Part shown: positions 48,101 through 60,100 of the stretch, piece after piece
Layout of the letters: each line of letters begins with the position of its first letter
How positions within the stretch are numbered: position 1 is the stretch's first letter
DNA from: Mytilus trossulus
Taxonomy: Eukaryota
Reading direction: 5' to 3'
Length of the DNA stretch: 64,000 bases
Assembly: GCF_036588685.1 (NCBI RefSeq)
Contig: NC_086374.1
Location: forward strand, 17,732,001 to 17,796,000
Translations under genes and position numbers: made by a program
Notes under the pieces: model-generated
What the model was told of the DNA's origin: nothing
Seen by the model: only the letters and a program-made list of their open reading frames with translations
Database searches by the model: none

Positions 48101-51100
48101 AAAATGATAGCATCAAAATTAAAAAGGTCTTAATAGAGGCGTTAAAACAATCGACAATCAGTTTTTTAAATGGAGTTGCAACCATAGTTATAGTACAAGT
48201 AAATACATGTATCACAAACTGAAAATAATAGTAGAAATTATTAAATGCATCATACTTATTCCAAAGATTTCTTTCAAATAATACCACGAGAATATAATCA
48301 GTACATGATAATGTAAAAAAAATAGGGGCTTTCATCATAAATATCATGTCAGTAAAGTGCGGCTGAGGGAAATGACAGTTCGATGCCAAAGTCATGGAAT
48401 TCGTATAAATTTCATTCATAGGAATTTAATACAGACGTTTGTTGAATATGATGTATGTCAAAAGATAATATTGATGTTATTATGTATATAAAGGAAACAC
48501 AAATTGCACCTTTGAGAATGGCATATGTGACTGGACACAAGATCAGCAAGACAATCAAGACTGGGTATCAAGATCATCTACCACGCCATCTAGTGGTACC
48601 GGTCCAAATAGTGATCATACGTTTGGAGATTGTAAGTTCAATTTTGTACTCATCAAATATTCGAATATTTTAAATTGCCAATTAAGTATGCTGCAATTGA
48701 AATATTGCTTGTATTTCCTTATATTTTATTCAAGTCTAATGTATATTGTAAATGTACAATAGATCAAAAAACAATGTTATATTTACCGGATTTGTTATCA
48801 CATAAGCAACACGACGGGTGCCACATGTGGAGCAGGATCTGCTAGCCCCTTCTGGAGCACATGAGATCACCAATAATTTTTGGTAGGGGTTCGTGATGTT
48901 TAGTTTTTAGTTTTCTATGTTGTGTCATGTGTACTATTGTTTGTTTGTCTTTTTAATTTTTAGCCATGGCGTTGTCAGTTTATTTTAGATTTATGAGTTT
49001 GATTGTCCCTTTGGTATCTTTCGTCCCTCTTTTACAAATCTTTCAATTAAAGCATTTGTTGTTAATATTCTTAAAGCAGAGAAGAAACTTTATTTCTTCA
49101 TTTTGTAATGTTGATCAAGTTTTGATGATAATATGTTTGTAAACAATATTATTTGCGAATTAGTAGAGGATAAGAATATGTGTTGTTTGTTAAGTGGTTT
49201 ATAAACTAAATAATTCAATGATTTTATGACTTCTGACCAGCTGCATTAAGGGTTTTATAGTTGAAAGAAGATAACAAATCATAATTAAATACATTATAAG
49301 AGCCAGTAATAGAAACCAGAAATATTTTTGAGTACTTTATGGGATCAAATTAGAAATGTGAAAATATTTTAAAATATAATTGTACAACAATTAATAATTT
49401 ATGACAAAAGTAAGCAAATACCCATCGAAACAACATCTGATAAACAAATTCAATAATACTTTTAGAGATTTGGATGATATTTTGGCTCTCAATAATGACG
49501 ACTTCAGTATGTATACTAAAAAAAAAATTCCTGTTGAACCTACTTTAAATAAAGCTAATACTAACAATGACCACTGCCCTTTCCTCGATCTTGATATCTA
49601 TATCACAAACGGAAAGCTGAATACTAAGATTTATGTTAATTATCCGTTTTTAGATGGTGACGTTCCCTTGTCACCATCTTACGGTGTTTATATACCCAAC
49701 TTGTACGTTTCACTCGTGTATGTAACAATGTTTTAGATTTTAACGAGAGAAATTTATGCATTACTGAAAAATTATAATGAAAAGGTTTTCGATATCATAA
49801 ACTAGTCAAAACATTTACTAAATTTTATCATCGGTATAAGGACATCATTCGTAAATATAGCTCAACTCTGCTTACCCTTCCGGAGCACCTGAGATCACCC
49901 CTAGTTTTTGGTGGGGTTCGTGTTGTTTATTCTTTAGTTTTCTATGTTGTGTCATGTGTACTATTGTTTTTCTGTTTGTCTTTTTCATTTTTAGCCATGG
50001 CGTTGTCAGTTTGTTTTAGATTTACGAGTTTGACTGTCCCTTTGGTATCTTTCGTCCCTCTTTTTTCAACATGCAGACTTCTTATACGTTCAGGTATTTC
50101 ACATCCAATTTGTTATGGAAATATTCTTTATAAAGCACAAAGGTGTCAGTATTTACCTCAGAAACTAACAAAACCTTTGAATAGACTTATTAAGAAGGGA
50201 TACAGTAACGATACTGTTGTCAGGTCATTAAAGATTGCAAATTTTGGCGTTAATATTGATTCATTTATTTAGAGGGTATTTGCATCGGAACTAAACACAT
50301 TTATTCAAAAACCAGTTGTTGGCATGACACGGATTATGTTCTTCTCATATATGTTATGATGGTATGATACTAAACCCCTAACGGGAAGGATTGTGCCTGA
50401 TGTTCATATGATAAAATCATAATCTTTCAGTCAGTTTAATTGAAGTCTGGAGCTGGCATGTCAGTTAACTGCTAGTAGTCTGTTGTTATTTGTGTATTAT
50501 TGTCATTTTGTTTATTTTCTTTAGTTACATCTTCTGACATCAGACTCGGACTTCTTTTGAACTGAATTTTAATGTGCGTATTGTTATGTGTTTACTTTTC
50601 TACATTGGCTAGAGATATAGGGGGAGGGTTGGGATCTCACAAACATGTTTAACTCCGCCGCATTTTTGCGCCTGTCCCAAGTCAGGAGCCTCTGGCCTCT
50701 GTTAGTCTTGTATTTTTTTAATTTAAGTTTCTTGTGTACAATTTGGAAATTAGTATGGCGTTCATTATCACTGAACTAGTATATATTTGTTTAGGGGCCA
50801 GCTGAAGGACACCTCTGGGTGCGGGGATTTTTCGCTATACTGAAGACCTGTTGTGGACCTTCTGCTGTTGGTTTTTTTTCTATGGTCGGATTGTTGTCTC
50901 TTTGACACATTCCCCATTTCCATGCTTAATTTTATGTTACTGATGGCAATGATGATTCATTATTTTATTGAGAATATTCAACTGTGAATTCAATTTAAAG
51001 ATAAATATATTTATAAGTATAAAGTATAAATTGAAAACAACGTTCAGACCTATGATTGCGCATTGTTTATACGTGTGGATGTGAAACCACATTCGTTGTA

Positions 51101-54100
51101 GAGGGGTCTAAATACAGCACAAACAACATTTTCTAAAAGAACAAAAAAGTAAAAAAAGAATATTTTTACAAAACGCCTTTGACTAACAGGACGTAAAACT
51201 GATGTTCCTAAAACCTGTTGACTGCCATTGACTATTGTCAAAAAATTGATCACAAGATGTAACAAGATGGATCCCTATATTAGTTTAAGTTTAATATGTA
51301 TATATATATATATATATACAACTCGTCTAAACATCAACCCAACAATGTTAGATCTGTAAATTTGCTTTCGCAAATTTTTTGGTTCTTCCCTTGCCGGGAT
51401 TCGAACCCATGCTACTGTGATATCGTGACACCAAATCGCCTGCACTGCAGCCGTCCCGCTAGACCACACGACCACCTGGGCTCTCATTAAAAGAGCTTTC
51501 GGTGGCCATATGTTACCTTTCCACGTCAGTTTTAATCTAGCGGCGTACTACAGAACATGATATATAAGGCATGAAGATGTTATTTTTACAGATCAGCTAA
51601 ATTATCTATAGTAAAGGATCCTACAAATTAATGTAAGATACAGTCACAGAAAATAATTATATTCATAAGTACGTCTGAGTCAGTGACAACCCTACAACAG
51701 ATGTATCCATCGGATCGCCATCAATGATGGTGATACATGGCTGTGTACATAATGTATATACAACTCGTCTAAACATCAACCCAACAATGTTAGATCTGTA
51801 AATTTGCTTTCGCAAATTTTTTGGTTCTTCCCTTGCCGGGATTCGAACCCATGCTACTGTGATATCGTGACACCAAATCGCCTGCACTGCAGCCGTCCCG
51901 CTAGACCACACGACCACCTGGGCTCTCATTAAAAGAGCTTTCGGTGGCCATATGTTACCTTTCCACGTCAGTTTTAATCTAGCGGCGTACTACAGAACAT
52001 GATATATAAGGCATGAAGATGTTATTTTTACAGATCAGCTAAATTATCTATAGTAAAGGATCCTACAAATTAATGTAAGATACAGTCACAGAAAATAATT
52101 ATATTCATAAGTACGTCTGAGTCAGTGACAACCCTACAACAGATGTATCCATCGGATCGCCATCAATGATGGTGATACATGGCTGTGTACATAATGTATA
52201 TACAACTCGTCTAAACATCAACCCAACAATGTTAGATCTGTAAATTTGCTTTCGCAAATTTTTTGGTTCTTCCCTTGCCGGGATTCGAACCCATGCTACT
52301 GTGATATCGTGACACCAAATCGCCTGCCAGAATCCTCAGAATCATAGAATATTTTGGTAACAAGGATTAAGAGGTCTGACTCGGAGGAATAAATCAGAAT
52401 TCCGCATTTTAAAAAGAAGAGTTCATGGATTCCAAAACCTAGTAAATCTGCTACACTGGAAGATGTTATCGACAAAATCAAATTGGATGTTGTTCATCTA
52501 GCTAGCAACAAGTACTCGTCATTTTATAACACCTCTCCTGACGAGAAAAATGCCATACAATCGTTGAGAAACCGAGATGATATTGTGATAAAACCAGTAG
52601 ACAAGGGCAGTGCCGTTGTTATAATGGAAAAAGCTAACTGCATCGCGGAAGCAGTGCGTCAGCTCTCTGATGAGAGATTTTATAAGAAGCTAGACTATGA
52701 CCCTACTTCCGAGTTTAGTTCCAAAATCATCAATGCATTACAAACCATGTACGATGACGGTCACATAGATGAGGATACAATTGGTTATTTCAAACCAGAG
52801 AATGCCAAGCCTGGTCGATTGTATCTTCTCCCCCTAAACCCAAACAACCCTGCTAGACCATTTGTATCCGCAAACGGCCATCCGACTGAGAAAATTTCGG
52901 AATTCGTCGATTTTCATTTACGATCTCATGTAGAAAATCTTCCTTCCCACATTCAAAACACTACAGATTACCTTCGTAAAATGGAATCCATGAACCCTCT
53001 TCCTCCGGAAACCCTCCTTGTCACTTTAGATGTCACTTCATTGTATATCAACATACCTCATGATGACGGCTTACAATCTGGTAGGAAAATATGGGACTCT
53101 CGAAACATTTTAGAACCATCTACTGAATGTTTAGCCCAGCTGCTGACTTTGGTCCTGAAATGCAACAATTTCACCTTTAACGGTGAGCATTACCTTCAAA
53201 TAAACGTGACAGCGATGGGGACGAAAATGGCACCGTCTTACGCCAATATTTTCATGGGCAGATTCGAAAAACAAATTATTGCAGCATCTTTATCCAAACC
53301 TTTGTCTTGGTTCCGTTTCATTGATGATGTTGACATGAAATGGATTGAATCACAACAAAAACTGGATGATTTCATCAAACCTGCAAACAACGCCCACCTT
53401 TCAATTAAATTTACGTATGCAATTTCCGACTCTAAAATATCTTTCTTAGACACAACCACATCTATATAGGATGGTGTCATACCAACAGACCTCTATTGTA
53501 AACCCACAGATAAACATCAGTACCTTTCTCCTCAACGCTGTCATCCCAAACACTGTACAAAAAGTATCCCGTACAGTCAAGCTCTCAGAGTAAAGCGGAT
53601 TTGCTCCTCTGAGGAAGCTGTCACGAAACGGTTACAGGAACTTTGAGGATTTATGACAAAACGAGGTTATAAGAAATTGGACATAGATAAGGGGTTTGCG
53701 CGCGCTAAATATACCAGCCGCCATGACCTCTTACAGTACAAACGTAAGAGGCGCAGCGAAATAGTCCCGTTTGTTCGAACATACAATCCAGTCTTTACTA
53801 ACCTTTCACGTTTGATCCGTGCCAACTGTCAAACTATTGCTAAACACCCTAAATTATCCAAGATCTTTCCCAATCCTCCTGTCTTAGCTTTTCTGAGACC
53901 GGCAAGTCTGAAAGACTTATTTGTAAGAGCTGACGTCTCTTGAAATAAAAGCTGTTCAATTTCAGGATGGTGCAAGTCACGTGGTAACAGACGTTGTCTG
54001 ACTTGTCAACAAATACTAAATACTCAAACATTTACCTGCTACTCGACTGGGTCTGTGTACACTATATTTTGCAATGTAACTTGCAAAACCCAGAGTGTTG

Positions 54101-57100
54101 TATACCTCCTTCAGTGTCGATGTGGCATGCAGTATGTTGGCGAGACTGAGCAGCCATTCAACAAACGCATGAATGGTCATCGAAGTGACTACACTTGCAA
54201 CCCAGCCCTACCCATAAGTCGTCATTTGAGATCACCTAGTCACACACAAGCTGATCTCAAAAACCTTACCATCGCAATCATAGACCACAACGAGGGTTGG
54301 TCAAAGGTCGACAGAGTCACTTGGGAAGGATTTTGGATAAGAAAGTTACGGACAGTTTCCCCAGAGGGCATAACTGAAAAAACATAGAATGAGTCACTTA
54401 TTTTCCTGTTATCACTTGTTTCCAGTAACTCTGGCTTCAGTACTAACTTTACAGTTCGATTTTTTTAAATACCAGTTTAAATTACAGGGCTCCATTCATT
54501 CGGGATGGATGTATAAGTACGTAACCACGTTCAATTTTTTTCCCTCATCAGATAAAACTTATTTTTCTAATCATTATTAAACTGCTATACGTTTGGGAGG
54601 CTTACATATATAGTTTATGTTGCAATTGCCCTACCGTTGTCAAATTTGTAATATTATACCAACTTGGATCGGTAAGGACATTTTTTATTTTTTTTGTTTG
54701 AGGACTGCCCTCCATGCAGTTATAACATCTAAACTGTCACAACCTTTGGAAATTTAGAGTTGTGTCAGTTCACATCGCTAACAACTATTTTCATTTGGAA
54801 ATTTTAAAATTGTACCAGCGTCTGTGAATTGTATAAATTTCAAGATTTGGAAAAAGTTTCTTAGTTTGAATATATTGACATGATTCATTTGACATCTTGC
54901 TATTATTGAAGAAGGATATCGGTTTTCCGAAATATCTAATATTTGTTCATTTTATAGTTATTTAATGGTGATGTTGTACCCTTTTTGACTTGTTATATAT
55001 TATATTTTGTAGTGTACAGAATCATATTACATGATCCATCCCTCTGTAAGATTAATCGTTGACTATTTATTCAGTCATTTTATATTATTATATTATGTAT
55101 ATATTATTTCTTTCTTATAATGAAAACAAAAAGTAAAAAACACCGTATTTTCATAGTTTTGAAATAGCATTAAGCTGACAGATTGTAATGTTTATAAGAT
55201 TAAATGTCTAAAAATCGATCATTTAAATCGTCTTAACTGATCAACTGATCATTTTATCGGGACCTGCAAAACTTACTGATCTTCGGAAATATATGTTGAA
55301 TGAATCAAGATTTAATAGATAGAATAAAAACATTCAAATAAAGAAACAGTCTGTATGACGTCGCTAAGTGCAAACTTTATAGAACGTATGGATTTTAAGT
55401 GTAACTTCAGTGTTGATATGACTGTCTTTTATTTGTAAATTTCAGCAACAGGACATTATATGTATTTTGAGGCTTCTGGTGGAAGTCAACATGACACGTC
55501 AGTTCTCAAGTCACCCATGTTATCCACCGGACCCTACTGTCTTTCTATGGCTTACAATATGAATGGAGATAGTATAGGGGCACTTAATGTTTATACAAAG
55601 GTCAGTTCTCAAGTCACCCATGTTATCCACCGGACCCTATTGTCTTTCTATGGCTTACAATATGAATGGAGATAGTATAGGGGCACTTAACGTTTATACA
55701 AAGGTCAGTTCTCAAGTCACCCATGTTATCCACCGGACCCTATTGTCTTTCTATGGCTTACAATATGAATGGAGATAGTATAGGGGCACTTAACGTTTAA
55801 ACAAAGGTCAGTTCTCAAAGTCACCCATGTTATCCACCGGACCCTACTGTCTTTCTATGGCTTACAATATGAATGGAGATATTATAGGGGCACTTAACGT
55901 TTCTACAAAGGTAATAAAAAAATGATAAAGTTTAAGTATTATATGATTTGAATATCACTGTGATCTGAATTCATATCGCATCGGCATGTTTTTGTATTAC
56001 ATTTTAGCTATATTACCCAGTGTATAAGCGTATGCTGCCTTGCGAAAAAAGGAATATTTAACATTTGAATCTTCCGAGCATCCTTTTTGGTAAATATATT
56101 GAAAAAAATTTAAATAACACTTTTGGACAGCAAACGTCATTCTGTTTGCACTATAAGAAGAGCTCTCCAATTTAAAGTCAAATTTGTAAACGAAAATACT
56201 CATTGCTCAAAAAGTGAAATAATGTGAAAAAATCAATAAAATGTCATTTTTAGCTGCAACAATCTAAAGAAAAAAATGTTTAATTTGAAAAAGTGAAATC
56301 TAATTTAGAAAATTCCTTTAATATCTAAATAAATTGCGTCTTCTGATAAGAAAATTAAGTGAAATGTGCAAGATAGACCTTAAAATTAGAGACAGATGAA
56401 AACTTGTCGAATTGTTTTTACATAGTATTTAATCAAAACAAAATATTTCAGGAGTGTAATAGCACTGTGCGCAATAAAATCTGGTCGGTTGCAGGAAATA
56501 AAGGTGAAAACTGGTTTGATGGATGTATAAAAACACCTGTTCTGTCACAGGACTATCAAATATATATAGAGGCAGAAAGAGGCTCCACTTATGCCAGTGA
56601 TATTGCTATAGATGACGTTAACATACAAGCCGGTAATTGTATCTGTTCCAGTAAAACTGTTGGTAGGTTCCTGGAATCTGGGTCTGTATTGCACTTGTGA
56701 TGTTCTCTCTTATTGTATAATCTGATCATAGATGTAATATATCTATGATCTGACAAGAAATTGAAGTAAATATATGTCATTGCAAAACAATTCTAACCAT
56801 TGCGAAAAGGGTCGTTCCGGTACGCATCTGGCATGTAAGCAAATAAAACTTAGTAATCAAGAAATCGACTTGTTTACCACTATTTTTATGATCCATATTA
56901 ATAATAATATTCTATTTCATACGACACTATATATGATACTGATACTATACGGACTGCACGGGAATATGATACTGATGATATACATGATCCCGGCGATGTT
57001 TGTTGATGTTAACCAAACATATCTATACTATTAAACGAATAGACCTCATTTTGTGTGTCGCTTCTCTTCTTTCCACAATAGAGTAGTCATCATGCCTCTG

Positions 57101-60100
57101 TGTCCTATAGGTACAGTGCATAATCGCATTTGTCATCTATTTCTATGATTATTCAGATTGAGTTATTTTGGGAGAAAAACAAGAAAAAACGCATCCGGAT
57201 ATAGATTCCGTCATTGGGCGAAATTTTAAGTCATATTAGACTTCCGGTTTGCGTTTTTCTGTATTTCCTGGCCCATAGGGGATAATGATAGCCTTTTTAG
57301 AATTTTCAACACTTTCTAACACTGCAAAAAATTCTACATTCACAGTTAACTGAAGTACTTTCATTTTACTATTCAGAAATGAACTTGAATATGTATCATG
57401 ACCGTTTACTTTTTTTGCTATTTTTAAAAACCTAAGGCCACTAGTACTTCTAGGTCTTTTATGGTGCAGTGAATACAAAATTTTAAAAAATTCTCAAAAA
57501 TTCATTTTCATCTGTATGTAAAATTATTTCATATTTTTCTACACCTGATTTATCCCTCAGTTTGGGAAAGTATGTTCAGTTGATACTGTACTTTTTGTCC
57601 AATCACACTGTTTAGATACATTTACCTAAGTAGGGTACACAAAAGAGCAACCTAAATTCTGGAAAGCAATTCTACTGTGCCACCTTTAAACATACATATA
57701 CTACGAATAAAGTGTATTTTCTATCTGCTATCTTTTTCAAGTTTACTATCCAAGGCGTTCACAAAGTAAACTAAAAGAGAGAGAGAGTCCACCGGTGGAG
57801 ATTCTGTATAATATAGAAATGACCTCCGTGTGACGATAAGTAACCTGAGAATTGAAAGTAAAAAGCAATTACACTTTATTTATAGTGATGAGTATTCATT
57901 AAATGTAAATAGAAATTTTAAAAAAAATGGGAATTTTTCAAAAATAAAGGAGAAGCAGGGCTAGGAAAACAATTGTCCTGTACCAAACAACCTGACTTTT
58001 GATACCTTTTCTGAAATTCTCCATCAATTAAATCTTTTACAAAAATTCATTATATACAAAAGGGTGTGGTATGATTGCCAATGAGACAATCTTCCACAAG
58101 AGACCAAAATGACACAGAAATTAACAACTATAGGTCACCATACGGTCTTTAACAATGATCAAAGCCCATACCGCAAAGTCAGCTTTAAAAGAGTAAACTA
58201 AAAAGAGAGAGAGTCTGTATAATATAGAAATGATCGCCGTGGGACGATTAGTAACCTGAGAAGTAACCTGAAAGTAAAAAGCAATTACGGCAACACTTTA
58301 CATACTTTCAACCACACTCTGATTGCCCGCGATTTCGCAGGTGTTTTCTAGTATCCTTTTAAATGTATAATGCCATAAAAGTCCATTTAAGATCTTCTAC
58401 AGAAAATAATGATAAAAAAAATTAATCAAACTATATATGTTTTTTAAAAGCAAACAAAAAGCCGTAGGTCATAGCATTGGATTGAGATCACAATAACGGA
58501 ATAAATTAACACTTATCAACCGATTAAAAGACTTTAAGACTTCTAAAAGACGCGAGTATAATAACAAACTTAGGGCAACTTACCTTATATAACACACTAG
58601 TCCTATATCTTATTTTAATTAGTTCGTTCCTGTAACTTTGAACAAGGTATTTGTCAATGGCATCAGTCAAACACAGATGATTTTGACTGGACACGACTTT
58701 CAGGCCCAACTGATTCTCGGGCAACTGGACCTAATAATGACCACACAACAGCAACAGGTATGTAAGAGTAAACTATCCTCGCACTATACATTACTAGTAA
58801 TTCAAAATAAAAATGTTATGAATAAACAATGATTACAAAATATACTTTGCACTCAGTACGTAGCAAACACCGGCAAAAACACAAAACAAAAAGAACTCAA
58901 ATGAACTTGAATTACGTATCAGTCAGCGTCCAGTATACATTAACATATTTATTGAAAAAAGATTGATTATGCTTATTTTTACATGAACTTAGTGTAAGGA
59001 AATTATTGAAGCAACGTTGGTATATATCAAATAAACAACTGACAAACATTGAAATTAAAATTAAAACAAAATGCTGGCATGATCCGCCTTATTTCCAATA
59101 TATCTACCTGCCTTTTGTTTACATATGACATCACATCGATTGTTTTGATTATAATTTAGATTATAAATTCTTAGCCTTTAACAATTTCATGTGTGTTATA
59201 ACTTGAATACTTTAGCAGCTGTATGACCAAAAGAGGTCTTCAAAGAATGGTTTTATCTGTATAACAATATTAAGACCTCTAAAATGAATAATAATGCTAT
59301 ATATGTGTTTCAAAAGCAAATAAAAAGCTGGAAGGCAAAGCATTGATTTAAGATCACAATAACTGATTACATGAACTCTTATCAACTCAGTAAAAGGAAT
59401 TCAAGAACTCTAAAGACGCGTGTAGATTCTAACAAACATAGGTCAACTTACCTTATAAAACACATTAGTCCTTATATGAAAACACTGTTCCCAATCTATT
59501 ATATATAAAGGACTATATTTATGTTCTTTCTTAGCAAGGTTATGACCTTACGGTCTACTGTAATTAAATGACCATAAAGAACGTATCTTTAACTAGATGT
59601 TTCACAGTCTCAAGTAGAAATAACATTATTTTCTATATTGACGTCTGATGTAAATGACGTATAATTAAAAAGAAAAACTTCTGCTAGTGTAAGAATACAT
59701 AATGAAAGAGGGCTCTATATTATCAAAACATTGAGGTATTTGGCTATGCATGGTATATCTAATTTTGTGCTAATCCATAAATACCGTAAGATGCGCGTTC
59801 AAACTATAATTTTCTTCGAAACCATATCAAGTATTTCAGTGTGAAATGGGACAATCTTTCTACTTTCAAACAGATAGAATACCAATCTTACCAATAGAAT
59901 TGACTTGAGGTCAGTCAATTCAACTTTAATATCTTTGATTTATGTTTACGAAACACCTTGTCTTTGTAGGTGATGGTTATTACTTATACATTGAATCATC
60001 AAGTCCGAGAACGCCAGATAACAAAGCTGAACTAGAATCAACCACTTTGCCAGGTGGCAGTCAATATTGTTTAACATTTTATTATAACATGTTGGGTGCA

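Larger units (their letters stand above)
49401..50935 (+). mobile_element. 5'-truncated Naiad-type Penelope-like retroelement, copy 2, with a 199-bp insertion (49867-50065, TSD TCAAC)
   Basis: [16 protein letters not shown] (RT DD motif), [19 protein letters not shown]; same 3' UTR as copy 1. Confidence 0.85.

Noticed and set aside
51385-51485. Functional tRNA gene
   Set aside because: A and B boxes are present but the acceptor and anticodon stems do not form a convincing cloverleaf; treated as a tRNA-derived head.
51275-51929. Duplicated small ORFs [11 protein letters not shown]...
   Set aside because: By-products of the 442-bp repeat; no coding features.
53467-53943. TGA codons in the RT-GIY-YIG Penelope ORF as selenocysteine
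   Set aside because: A TAG stop and other lesions are also present, the TGAs fit CGA-to-TGA decay, and no SECIS was seen in that element's 3' region.
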